NCBI GenBank assembly: GCA_011605725.1
Contig: JAAOZP010000014.1
Span: 76,141-140,140, forward strand
Reading direction: 5' to 3'
Length of the DNA stretch: 64,000 nt
DNA from: Nitrososphaerota archaeon
GTDB taxonomy: Archaea > Thermoproteota > EX4484-205 > JAAOZP01
In this document: positions 18,656 to 28,759 of the stretch, piece after piece
How positions within the stretch are numbered: position 1 is the first letter of the stretch
Layout of the letters: each line of letters opens with the position of its first letter
Program-made: the position numbers and the translations under genes
Notes under the pieces: model-generated
Seen by the model: the letters and a program-made list of their open reading frames with translations, nothing else
Told to the model about the DNA's origin: nothing
Database searches by the model: none

Positions 18656-20314
18656 TTAGTCTAGTTCTCCAGCACCGCCTTCCTCAGACGGTGGCTTCGG
18701 AGTCTTCTCCTTCTCTTTAAGCTTGCCCGCGGCAATCACGTCGTCAATCCTCAGGATCATGCTTGCAGCCTCGCTTGCAGACTTCACTATCTGCTCTTTC
18801 ACGAGCAATGGTTCAAGAATATTGTTAGCCCAGCTGTCAGCAGTCTTCTTAGACACAATGTCTACGCCGTGCCATTTGTTTCCAGACTCATGTTGCTTCC
18901 TGAGCTCAGCTATGATATCTATCGGATCCATTCCAGCGTTCTCAGCAAGCGCTGAGGGTATTGACTCCAGCGCGTCTGCAAACCTTAATACTGCAAGCTG
19001 CTCCTTGCCAGCTATAGTCTCCGCCTTCTTCCTTATTCTCATCGCAACCTCTATCTCAGGAGCTCCCGCGCCGGCGACGATATACGGGTATGTGACAACA
19101 TCCTTCACAACGCAGAGAGCATCGTGGAGAGCCCTGTCAGCCTCGTCAACCATCTTCTCAGTTCCACCCCTTATCAGGATGGTTACAGACCTCGGATCCT
19201 TGCACTGCTCTATGAAGACCCACTTGTCTTCACCGACCTTCCTCTCCTCAACTAGGCCGGCGTAGCCAAGGTCGTCCTTAGTAAGCTCGTTCACGCTGGT
19301 AACTATTCTGGCGCCGGTTGCCTTAGAGGCCTTCTCAATATCAGACTCCTTGACTCTTCTCACAGCGATCACCCCAGCCTTAGCCAAGTAGTGTTGAGCA
19401 ATGTCGTCAATACCCTTCTGGCAGAGAACCACGTTTGCACCAGCTTCAACGATCTTGTCAACCATCTCCTTCAGAATCCTCTGCTCCTCCTCCAGGAATG
19501 CTTTAATCTGCTCAGGCCTTTCAATGTTTATCTTAGCGTCGAACTCAGTCTTCTCGATCTCAAGCGGGCTGTTGAGAATAGCTATCTTAGCATTAACAAT
19601 CCTCCTCGGCATCCCAGAGTGAACAATCTCCTTATCCAGCACGATGCCGTTTATCAGCTTGGTCTCCATCACTGAGCCGCCGGCCTTCTTCTCAACCTTA
19701 ACATCGTCAAGCCTAATGTTAAACTTCCCGTTCTCCTCCCTCGCCACCTTCAGAATAGCGTCGACAGCGATCTCCGCAAGCTGGTCACTATACTCCCTGA
19801 CAACCTTGCTCCTCAGAGCAGTCATGGCTATCAGCTTGAGAACCTCCCTGTCCGTCGGCTTAACCTCTTGAGCAATCTCCTTAAGGAACTGGAGCGCCAT
19901 GGTTGTGGCCCTCTTATAGCCGTCGACTATGATCGTCGGATGAACATCCATGTCTAGAAGCTCTTCAGCCTTCTTCAAAAGCTCCCCGGCGAGGACTACC
20001 GCTGAAGTGGTTCCGTCGCCAGCCTCAACGTCAGTGCTCTTAGCGACTTCAACCATCATCTTCGCAGCCGGGTGCTCAATCTCCATCTCCTTCAGAATAG
20101 TTGCACCATCATTGGTTATCGTCACGTCGCCAAGCGAGTCGACAAGCATCTTGTCCATACCTCTAGGACCGAGTGATGAACGGACTATTTCTGCGAGAGT
20201 TATTGCAGCGTTAAGATTGTTCCTCTGGGCTTCCCTGCCCCTCGTCCTAGTGCTTCCCTCTTTAAGGATTAATACTGGTGTTCCACCTACTGTTGCAGGT
20301 ATAGCAGTAGCCAT
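18656..20314 (-). CDS. ths: Thermosome (group II chaperonin) subunit
   Basis: [23 protein letters not shown]. Confidence 0.97.
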   Translation of the reverse strand: MATAIPATVGGTPVLILKEGSTRTRGREAQRNNLNAAITLAEIVRSSLGPRGMDKMLVDSLGDVTITNDGATILKEMEIEHPAAKMMVEVAKSTDVEAGDGTTSAVVLAGELLKKAEELLDMDVHPTIIVDGYKRATTMALQFLKEIAQEVKPTDREVLKLIAMTALRSKVVREYSDQLAEIAVDAILKVAREENGKFNIRLDDVKVEKKAGGSVMETKLINGIVLDKEIVHSGMPRRIVNAKIAILNSPLEIEKTEFDAKINIERPEQIKAFLEEEQRILKEMVDKIVEAGANVVLCQKGIDDIAQHYLAKAGVIAVRRVKESDIEKASKATGARIVTSVNELTKDDLGYAGLVEERKVGEDKWVFIEQCKDPRSVTILIRGGTEKMVDEADRALHDALCVVKDVVTYPYIVAGAGAPEIEVAMRIRKKAETIAGKEQLAVLRFADALESIPSALAENAGMDPIDIIAELRKQHESGNKWHGVDIVSKKTADSWANNILEPLLVKEQIVKSASEAASMILRIDDVIAAGKLKEKEKTPKPPSEEGGAGELD

Positions 20315-20416
20315 TTCAATCTCACCTCAGAACCCCGATTAATAAAGAGGGGTATAAAAACTTTATTTCAAGCCTTGAAAAAGGTAAAAACTTAAGTCTA
20401 ACCTTCTTCTAAAATA

Positions 20417-20749
20417 TTGGAAATGAGCCCAGAGTTAATCTGTCCCTGCGGCAGGATTATTAAGGACGCCTCCGAGTTTAAACTCCTATATCTTAAGAAA
20501 GAGCTTAACGAGATAGATATTCTGTGTCCAAACGACAACTGTTACCTTAGGGAAGTAGGATACATAAAGTTTGAAATAGTCGACGGTAAGCCGAAGTTTA
20601 AGGAAGCAAGCTTCTACCCTCCGTTCGTAACCTGGAACGCAAGCCAAATGGGGAGAGAAGCCGCGTTAGCAGAGTTGAAAAACACTCTCAAGAAGCTTGT
20701 TGAAAGAATAGACTGGAGCATGATAAAGCCTGTTGAAGCGAAGACTTAG
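20417..20749 (+). CDS. Hypothetical Cys-containing protein
   Basis: CPCG and CPNDNC, possible Zn site; host-like codon usage. Confidence 0.7.
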   Translation: MEMSPELICPCGRIIKDASEFKLLYLKKELNEIDILCPNDNCYLREVGYIKFEIVDGKPKFKEASFYPPFVTWNASQMGREAALAELKNTLKKLVERIDWSMIKPVEAKT

Positions 20750-20754
20750 AAACC

Positions 20755-22941
20755 CTATTCTATAAGGTCATCCACCTTAGGAACCTCAGCCGGAAGACCC
20801 TTCCTCCTCCTTATTTCAGCGATAACGTTGCCTAAAAGCTGGCTTGGAACAGGCTCCCATCTGGCGAAGCTAGTGTCCCAGAAAACCCTGCCTCCGGTTG
20901 CACTCCTCAAAACCTCTGAAAGGTCGAAGCTTTCAGCAGCAGGAAGCTCTCCAACAATATAGGTCATCAAACCCTTCTGCTCAATGCTTAAAACCTTGCC
21001 TCTCGCACGGCTGATAACCCTGGTCACGTTTCCAACCTGATCCATACCGGTTCTAACATCCAGCCTGAGAATAGGCTCGAGAATAACAGGGTCAGCCAGA
21101 AGAATAGAGGCGTGCGTAGCCCTTCTCACAGCCGGAATAATCTGCGCAGGACCATGGTGAGCAGGATCCTCGTGAATAGTCGCGTCGAGAAGCTTAACCT
21201 TCACACCTCTAACCGGCTCCCTAGCCAGAATACCCTCGTTCATAGCCTCGATGAAACCCATCCTAATGCTTCCGGAAACCTGCTCAAGCCTCTGAACACC
21301 CTTAGTGGCGTCAACCAGAACACTGAAGCTCTCGCTAACCGCTTCAACACCACGAGCCTCGTCAGCAGGCCAGCCGCACTCCCTAAGCATCCTAGCAACC
21401 TCCTTCCTGTCAGTAAACTCCCCAATCTTACCGGTTGCAATAAGCTCTATAACCTTAGGCTCAAGAGGCTCAACCTCAATCATAATCTTATTATGGCCAT
21501 TCGGAGACCTCACCATCACCGGCCCACCCTTCCTACGGATACTCTCACGGTAAATGACGATTGGACGCGAGGTAACGATCTGAATACCCGCCTCCTGAAT
21601 AAAGGTCGTAGCAACCTCAAGATGAAGCTGCCCCATTCCAGATAAAAGATACTCCCCGGTCTGCTCGTTAATAGTCACCTTAAGATTAGGATCCTCAATA
21701 CTAAGCTTATGCATCGCGCTGATAAGCTCGGGAAGCTGAGCAGGATTCCGAGGCTCAACAGCAATCGTCATAACAGGCTCAGAAACATACCTGATGCTTT
21801 CAAACGGAACAAGATCCTGAACAGTAGTAATAGTCTCCCCCGCCCTCGCAGCGTCCAAACCCAGCAGCGCAGGAATATTGCCGGCAGACATAGAGCCAAC
21901 AACCTCCCTGTGCGGACCCATGTAGATGCAAACCTGCTGAACCCTACCCTTAGCCCTAGAGTTAACAAGATAAACCTCCTGACCCTCGTAAACCGTCCCA
22001 GAGAAAAGCCTGCCGGTAGCAACAACACCAGCCTGAGGATCAACACGAATATGCGAAGCAGCCATCACAATAGGCCCATTCGGATCACACTTCAACATCG
22101 CCCTCCCAACCTCACTATCCAAATCACCCTTCCAAATCCTCGGAATCCTATACGCCTGAGCAACAACAGGAGGAGGATGAAACCTGACAACCATGCTTAA
22201 AACAGCCTCATGCAATGGAAGAAGCTTAGAAAGCTCAGCCTGCCTACCCTTCTCGTAAGCAGAAACAATATCACTAAACTTCAACCCAGCCTTCTGCATC
22301 ATAGGAATAGTGAAGCCCCACCGGTCCTTAGCACTCCCGAAAGCAACCATACCCTTCAAAGCATCAACACGCCACTCAGACTTAAACTCCTCAGGACCAT
22401 AAAGATCAATAAGCCTGTTGAAATCAGCAATAATACGAAGCAAAGTCTTCTCAACCTCCTGCGGAGAAAGCTTAAGCTCACGAATCAAACGGTCAACCTT
22501 ATTGATAAACAACACGGGACGAACATACTCCTCTAAAGCTTGACGAGTAACAGTCTCAGTCTGAACCAAAACACCCTCAACACTATCCACAACAATAACA
22601 GCACCATCAATAGCACGCAAACTACGAGTCACATTCCCCGTAAAGTCGATATGCCCGGGCGTATCGATGAGATTAATTATATAAGGATTTTTATCTATTT
22701 CATGATATAATGATACGTTTGCAGCCTTGTATGTGAACTGCCTCTCCTGCTCTATCTTCAAGTAGTCTAGTGCTAGTGCTTCACCGGCCACTGTTGGCGA
22801 TAAGAGCCCTGAGGCGGCGAGCAGGGAATCTGATAGCGTGGTCTTTCCGTGATCCACATGAGCACATATAGAAATATTTCTAATGTTTTCTAGACTTTTC
22901 GAAAGCTTCAACACTTCCTCCGTTGTCTTGTACCTTGGCAA
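20755..22941 (-). CDS. fusA: Translation elongation factor aEF-2
   Basis: AHVDHGKTT, DTPGH, NKVD; domain IV HEDPAHHGPAQ. Confidence 0.96.
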   Translation of the reverse strand: MPRYKTTEEVLKLSKSLENIRNISICAHVDHGKTTLSDSLLAASGLLSPTVAGEALALDYLKIEQERQFTYKAANVSLYHEIDKNPYIINLIDTPGHIDFTGNVTRSLRAIDGAVIVVDSVEGVLVQTETVTRQALEEYVRPVLFINKVDRLIRELKLSPQEVEKTLLRIIADFNRLIDLYGPEEFKSEWRVDALKGMVAFGSAKDRWGFTIPMMQKAGLKFSDIVSAYEKGRQAELSKLLPLHEAVLSMVVRFHPPPVVAQAYRIPRIWKGDLDSEVGRAMLKCDPNGPIVMAASHIRVDPQAGVVATGRLFSGTVYEGQEVYLVNSRAKGRVQQVCIYMGPHREVVGSMSAGNIPALLGLDAARAGETITTVQDLVPFESIRYVSEPVMTIAVEPRNPAQLPELISAMHKLSIEDPNLKVTINEQTGEYLLSGMGQLHLEVATTFIQEAGIQIVTSRPIVIYRESIRRKGGPVMVRSPNGHNKIMIEVEPLEPKVIELIATGKIGEFTDRKEVARMLRECGWPADEARGVEAVSESFSVLVDATKGVQRLEQVSGSIRMGFIEAMNEGILAREPVRGVKVKLLDATIHEDPAHHGPAQIIPAVRRATHASILLADPVILEPILRLDVRTGMDQVGNVTRVISRARGKVLSIEQKGLMTYIVGELPAAESFDLSEVLRSATGGRVFWDTSFARWEPVPSQLLGNVIAEIRRRKGLPAEVPKVDDLIE

Positions 22942-23214
22942 GTCCTATTGACACCTTTAGTTGACGAAGGTTCCCTTGAAAACGGGTTATTAAGCCTTTC
23001 CTCTCCGACGGTATATTTGTCTTTTATGCTTCTCGCATGGAGATTTAAATACCGTTGAAGCGTATTCTAATGCGGGAGAAAGTAAGCATAGAATAAGGGT
23101 TTTGAAGCGCGACCTTAATAGAAAGTATGTGGATGTCGAGCTGGATGGGGAGAGGGTTAGGGTTGAGGAGCTTTCTGAAGAGGAAGTAAGGGTGGAATAA
23201 GCATCTAGACACCG

Positions 23215-23619
23215 GTGGAGTTTACTATTTTAACCATACGGGCAGGTTGGATAGACTTCGATTATGGCTCGACAAGCCTGTTCTATAGGGAGGCTTGTGA
23301 AAGGGCGTGGAGAGAGCTTTGCTGGCGTAAGGCATTAGCGGTTTACAGACTCATATGGTACTTCCCGCCTTTCCAGTTCTCTAGTGGCGGCGAAGAATCC
23401 TCCTGCATGTTCACGTTGAAGTATAAGGGATACGTCTTCAAGGTAGAAGATATATTTGGTGAGCACATGAGGGTTAATTTTCTTCACTTAGTCACAGAAG
23501 AAGAGTTCCGCAAGCTGGAGACAACAGAACGGAGGAGGCGAGAGGAGTATGCCCCCTTCCGAGGAAACTGGGTGGAGGAGATCGTGAGCATGATAGAATA
23601 CTTGACGGAAACTCTGTGA
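23215..23619 (+). CDS. Hypothetical protein
   Basis: ORF only; start uncertain. Confidence 0.5.
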   Translation: MEFTILTIRAGWIDFDYGSTSLFYREACERAWRELCWRKALAVYRLIWYFPPFQFSSGGEESSCMFTLKYKGYVFKVEDIFGEHMRVNFLHLVTEEEFRKLETTERRRREEYAPFRGNWVEEIVSMIEYLTETL

Positions 23620-23770
23620 TGGTATATACCGATGCTGGCTCAGCACAAATCTAGCCCAAGCACTACTTCCCGTATTTCGTTTCCATGTGTTAACACGTGC
23701 TACTTGATGCTTGCTTCTTATAATCGCTCAACTTTTTCTAATAATAAAAGACCTCTGTATGGAACAATAA

Positions 23771-24358
23771 CTACATATTAGGGTACTTCTTATAGATTTC
23801 CAAGATTTTCAGGAAGAAATCGGCAATTTCTCTCACACTCTTATTCATCTTCTCTATTACTGCATCTATTTTCTCATCATGGTGCACATCGTTCAAATCT
23901 AATAAGCCGCCTCCTAAACCGAGTTTCTTAGCTATCATCCTATCTTCGGGAACCTCCTTAGACAATAGGGGCTTAGCTACAAGCTGGTTTATTTCATCCC
24001 TAACCTCCTTTAGGTCTAAGACTTTAATTGGCCATTTCGCATACTCCTTCCTAAACTCTCTCGTCGCTATCTTAACATCTACCTTCCGTTTTAGCAACTC
24101 GAATGCCCTATTAATCTCCTCTAGGCACAGGGACGGTAGTCCAACTTCATAGTCGAGAAACGGTTTACTGTACTTGGAGGAGTCGGATGATATGAAGTTC
24201 CCGGTGTAGATAATTGCAGGTATGTACTTTAATCCCTTTAGTTGCATGAGCTCGATGCTGGTCCAAAGGAATTGGGGGACCACGACCTTATTTAACTCGC
24301 TGAGAGCACTCCACGGGGTCATGAACGAAAGCCTTATCGTAACAGAGTGCCAAGACAT
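23771..24358 (-). CDS. Hypothetical protein (possible immunity-type protein)
   Basis: ORF with AGGTG SD; near a toxin remnant; function is inference. Confidence 0.6.
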   Translation of the reverse strand: MSWHSVTIRLSFMTPWSALSELNKVVVPQFLWTSIELMQLKGLKYIPAIIYTGNFISSDSSKYSKPFLDYEVGLPSLCLEEINRAFELLKRKVDVKIATREFRKEYAKWPIKVLDLKEVRDEINQLVAKPLLSKEVPEDRMIAKKLGLGGGLLDLNDVHHDEKIDAVIEKMNKSVREIADFFLKILEIYKKYPNM

Positions 24359-24389
24359 CTTTTAACACCTGAAATTTAATAACTCCTCC

Positions 24390-25514
24390 TTAGGATCTCG
24401 CCTCCGTATTAGCTTCACTGCCAATCCCTGGACGGGTGGCCTTCTTGCTCTTAACCCTTTTAACGAGCATAATCATGTAATTGGCAACACGTTTATCCTT
24501 ATCGAGCTCCAAGGACTTCTTGAATTCCTCGAGTGCCTCGTCATATCTTCCGAGTTTGTAGAACACCATCCCTTTCTTATGGTAGAAATAGTGGTTGCTC
24601 GGGTCTATGGCAATGGCTTCATCGAGTTCTTTCATAGCCTCTCCGTACCTTTCCATCTCGTAAAGCACGAAGCCTTTATTGTAACGGTAATAGGGATTGT
24701 ATGGATCTAGCTTAACAGCTTTCTCTAAATCGCTGAGAATCGCTTCAAGCATTTTCTCAGCGTCTATCTCAACATTTTTAAGCTCATCGGTTCTTTCTTT
24801 AAATATGATTAAGCTCAGCGATGCCAAGGCCCTGTTATTGTAATACGCGGGGTTATTTGGATTGAGGATTATCGCCTCATTTAACTCCTCAAGGGCTTTC
24901 TGAACCTTGTAGGCATACATATCCCATGCTCCAAGCATGTAATGAGTTACCCCCAAGTTGTTGTAGCAATCCGGATCCCTTGGATATCTCTCTAAATAAT
25001 CTTTAAAGGCCCATTCAATATCATTAAGCTTACTATACGAGTATATCTCAAAAGTCCCACCATCCGCATCTACTGCGAAGCCGCTGGCGTAAATGGAAGG
25101 CGGACCGATAGCGTGAAAGCAGGCCCACATGTCCAGCTCTCTGAACATACTTGCCTCGATGCTCCAATCTGGCAGATACATGAACTCTCCGACGATCTCG
25201 CTTCTAATGAGGTGGAAGAAATCGACCTCAGGATCCAGCTCAATCGCTGTATCTATCTCTGCAAGTGCATCCTTACATCTTTTCACGTAAAGACTATCAG
25301 GTCCTTCAAACCTTCTAAGCTCGTAAAGGATATCTGCCTTCCAACAATGTAGATAGGGATTCTCTGGGTTGGACCTTAGTAGCTCATCACACCTCTTTAC
25401 AGCCTCCTCATAGTACTCCTTAGCTTCGCTAGAAGCTTTAGATTTCAAGGATCTCGCTTTCTGAACGCATTCGTTTAAGAATTCGTCATCAGCCTCGTTT
25501 TTTCTTCTGATCAT
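24390..25514 (-). CDS. Tetratricopeptide repeat protein
   Basis: Repeated AI.LDP.N..Y...KG..LY.LGRY.EA units. Confidence 0.85.
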   Translation of the reverse strand: MIRRKNEADDEFLNECVQKARSLKSKASSEAKEYYEEAVKRCDELLRSNPENPYLHCWKADILYELRRFEGPDSLYVKRCKDALAEIDTAIELDPEVDFFHLIRSEIVGEFMYLPDWSIEASMFRELDMWACFHAIGPPSIYASGFAVDADGGTFEIYSYSKLNDIEWAFKDYLERYPRDPDCYNNLGVTHYMLGAWDMYAYKVQKALEELNEAIILNPNNPAYYNNRALASLSLIIFKERTDELKNVEIDAEKMLEAILSDLEKAVKLDPYNPYYRYNKGFVLYEMERYGEAMKELDEAIAIDPSNHYFYHKKGMVFYKLGRYDEALEEFKKSLELDKDKRVANYMIMLVKRVKSKKATRPGIGSEANTEARS

Positions 25515-25587
25515 CCGACGTACTCCTCTCTATAACCTTCTGTATACCTTTTTAACAGAGAGTTTTTAAACGTTCTAGCGTGCAACA

Positions 25588-26690
25588 TTATCCTCCATAT
25601 CTCGTTTTCATGTATTGCTGCAACGCATCCCATCCGTTTAGCAGTACAAGCCATTCGCTCGTATCTCCGAATTCTTTCTCGACTATGCTCTTCAAAAGGT
25701 TCTAGCTGTCTTCCGGGAGCTTTTTAAACGCGTACACAGCTTTTCTCCCAGTCTTCTTCCAAGCCTCTCTATATCCATACATTTGTTCTAGGAATTCATC
25801 CACCTCCGTTGGAATCTGAAGAAAAGTTGGCTCACGGTACTTCACATCCAAATTATCATGCTCATATACGAAGTCTATGACGATATGCTTCTCAGTGCCG
25901 CTCTTATCTTTATACTCGAAATCCTTTTGGTACGCTATCGGCTCAGCATAATCTATGGTTTTATCGAAGGCTATGAACTCTGCCAACTTGCCTTTGCAAC
26001 CTGTGTCGGTTAATGTGTCCAAGTCTTTTTCTGGCAAGGTCATTACCTCGGCCAATCTTCCCGCAAGGTCTTCGATAAGCTTCTCGTTGCTAAGCAGATA
26101 CTGGTTTCTAAGGACATCCTCAGCCTGCTCTATGCTCAGCCCCTCATGTTGTTCGAAGCTGAATTTGCATACTACAATCTCATTTGGTTTCGCTATGCCG
26201 CCGATCCTTGTCCTGACGATCTCCTGTTCATGAGGCTTCAGCAGGATTAGCCTTTCGCACTCCTCCCCATCCTTCGTAGCCCTTACCCTCAAGACCCTAT
26301 GGTCCTCGTCCAGATTCTCCCAGTTCAGCACGTAGCCCCTCTCCGTATGGATGAGGTACTTCTCCCTCCACTCCGCATTCTTGTGGAGGAATCTTTCAAG
26401 CCACTCGGTCAACGCTATTTTTCCTCCTTCCTCCTCTTCAACCCTGACGGGCATGATTACCCTAGCGTTCTCCGGCACGGCTTCCGTGAACAGGATTAGC
26501 CCGGTTTCCCCCGGCAGGTACCCAATCTCCTTAAGGTATGCTTGGGCGTCGTGAGGAACCGATACGATGTACGATTCTTTATCAGGTTTTTCTTCATCAA
26601 CTATCCTCGTCGCGATCACTGGAATGCATATTTTCTCGCCATCCTTATCAACCATGATGTAGTTGACCTCCTCCGGCGTGTTAGCGTGCG
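25588..26690 (-). pseudogene. 5'-truncated gene with C-terminal PD-(D/E)xK-like nuclease domain (polymorphic-toxin-like remnant), internal TAG
   Basis: KGKLAE...IDFVY...LDVKY...EQM.GY pattern; in-frame TAG at 25702-25704 followed by 37 more sense codons to TAA at 25588. Confidence 0.55.
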
Positions 26691-26709
26691 ATAAAACCCT
26701 ATTCTTAAT

Positions 26710-27195
26710 TCAGCATGTTTTTTCTCCTGCTCTTATTGGCCATGCCCATCCGTAGCTGGTTCTCTCCACTCCTTTTTCCATTAGTTCTCTTAGAAGCTTC
26801 TCCTTTGAGTTTTGCAGGAAGCTTTTAGGGTCATGAAGGATTATGCCGTCTATCAGTGCGTCGATGATCCAGCCGCTTTTAGATTTAGTATGGGTTTCGA
26901 ATTCCTCAGGGGTCATGTATATGGCTTGAACTATGCTCGGCAGCTTTAGCTCTGCAATAAGCTTTGAAGCCATTAGTATCCTCTCCTGGAGCTTCGGCAG
27001 TCCTTCTACCACAAGTATTAAATCGATATCGCTCTCCGCTGAGGAAAACGGTTTAGCTTTTCCCTTTGCCACCGAGCCGAATAATAAGATGCCCACTATT
27101 TTCTCTTTGAAAAGCTTTGAAATTTTCTCTATGTATTGCTCTACGAGTTCTCGATACTCCGAATCCCTAATCTTATCCAAGTTTTCCAGATGCAT
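26710..27195 (-). CDS. MNT minimal nucleotidyltransferase
   Basis: LFGSVAKG...SDIDL motif. Confidence 0.9.
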   Translation of the reverse strand: MHLENLDKIRDSEYRELVEQYIEKISKLFKEKIVGILLFGSVAKGKAKPFSSAESDIDLILVVEGLPKLQERILMASKLIAELKLPSIVQAIYMTPEEFETHTKSKSGWIIDALIDGIILHDPKSFLQNSKEKLLRELMEKGVERTSYGWAWPIRAGEKTC

Positions 27196-27700
27196 CGTCC
27201 ACCAGGCTTCTTAACTGGCTAATCATGCCTGAGAGGTCTGGCGGCAAGTTCTTAAACTCGTTGAAGAATTTTACCACGCTGCTTAAGCCTTCCAATGTTG
27301 ACCTTAAAAGCTCCTTAGCCACGTTCTCTACGTAGACCTCTGAGGGCATTATGATCCTCTCCTCCGTCTCCCAACCGTATCTCGGCATCGAACCCTGTGA
27401 TTCAAGAGCCGAAGCATGGGAGACTGTGAGCGTCAGATGGGTTATTTGCTCCCTGCTTAGATTAAGCTTTTTCATCCTCTCCTTGTCTGAAACAAGCCTT
27501 CCTATCAGGACGCTGGGGAAATGCGTTTTTTCAAACTCTATGCCCAAGAAGCTTAAGATCGATTTGCAAGCGTTTTCAACCGATAACTGGAATCTGAAAA
27601 CAGCGTCCGGATAGTCACCCTCCAAGTATCTTGCTAAGCCTCTTCTTAGATCCTCTAGGCTCATTTTCAACCTGTCCCTAGCCTTGCTATAATTGTCCAA
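27173..27700 (-). CDS. HEPN domain protein (HEPN-MNT pair)
   Basis: AVFRFQLSVENACK, KTH and RY motifs; overlaps the MNT gene. Confidence 0.88.
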   Translation of the reverse strand: MDNYSKARDRLKMSLEDLRRGLARYLEGDYPDAVFRFQLSVENACKSILSFLGIEFEKTHFPSVLIGRLVSDKERMKKLNLSREQITHLTLTVSHASALESQGSMPRYGWETEERIIMPSEVYVENVAKELLRSTLEGLSSVVKFFNEFKNLPPDLSGMISQLRSLVDDASGKLG

Positions 27701-28125
27701 CGAGGTGAGTGAAGCATAAAGAAGAATATAAAGTTTATGAAAAAAATTCCATGAGCACTATATTCAGTAGGGTGGAGGAACTTGGCATCTCAGTCATCGA
27801 CGCATTGAAGACAGATATGAGCAGCATGATAGATTTCACTACTCCAAGAAAATGAAGAAAATCTGTAAGCGTGCACCATATACTGATTAACCTAAGATAA
27901 TCAGGTTCATTTATACCTTAACAGTTAAGATGAAGGTGCATCCTTCTAGACAGGGTATCTTTATCGCGCTTTTTAATTCCTTCGACTAACAATAACGATT
28001 ACTGTCTCCACCATCCCGTCTGTGCAATCATTTGAAAAACTAAGTTTGAATTCAACTTATCTTTTCCTGATGTAAAAATTTACCGTATATGCTTAAAAGC
28101 CTCATGATGCCTACTTCTTAAGAGG

Positions 28126-28644
28126 TTGGTTAAGAAGAAGATAGTGGTGAAAGGCGAGAAGGTTCAGGATGTTGGCTACAGGCTTTTCCTTTTGGAAGCC
28201 GCAGAGTCCTTCGGCTTGAAGGGTTCTCAAGCTAGGAACATTGAAGACTATGTTGAGTTTCTCGTTGAGGGTACTGAAGACAGGGTTGCGGAATTCGTAG
28301 AGTATGCGAAGGCCAACTACCCGGAGCACGCTGTGGTTAGAGAAGTTGTTGTGGAGAGTTATGGGGGGAGCGTCATGCCTATTGAAGTTTTCCACAGGGG
28401 CTTTGACACGAGTCAGCTGGTAAAGATTGTAGATGTTGGAGTAAGTATGCTGGAAAAGCAGAATAAGATGTTAGAGAAACAAGATTCCATGTTGGAAAAA
28501 CAGGATTTGATGCTGGAGAAACAGGAGACCCTAATAGGCGAGGTTAGAAATCTTAGAGAGGATCTTAAAACCTACATGGATGAAAGGTTTCGAAAACTTG
28601 AGACGGAGGTAGCGAGGATAAAGGAGAAGATTGGAATAGTCTGA
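28126..28644 (+). CDS. Acylphosphatase-like domain fused to a coiled coil
   Basis: KVQDVGYR...ARN; MLEKQ heptad repeats. Confidence 0.8.
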   Translation: MVKKKIVVKGEKVQDVGYRLFLLEAAESFGLKGSQARNIEDYVEFLVEGTEDRVAEFVEYAKANYPEHAVVREVVVESYGGSVMPIEVFHRGFDTSQLVKIVDVGVSMLEKQNKMLEKQDSMLEKQDLMLEKQETLIGEVRNLREDLKTYMDERFRKLETEVARIKEKIGIV

Positions 28645-28759
28645 TCCGATTCCTTAAACACGTATTTTCAAGTTTTAGAATAATGAGGCCAAAGGGCAGG
28701 GTAGATTATAGCGCGCGCCATGCTCTTCAAGGCCTCTATCTTCGCCTCATAAAACAATA

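Noticed and set aside
25702-25704. Pyrrolysine or stop-codon read-through at the in-frame TAG
   Set aside because: The gene is also 5'-truncated and no pyl genes are visible; a nonsense mutation is simpler.
27750-27860. Possible PaREP1-like N-terminal remnant (MSTIFSRVEELGISVIDAL)
   Set aside because: Too short and degraded to support a call.
28126-28644. Diversity-generating retroelement behind the repeat variation in the acylphosphatase fusions
   Set aside because: No reverse transcriptase and no adenine-specific TR/VR pair seen.
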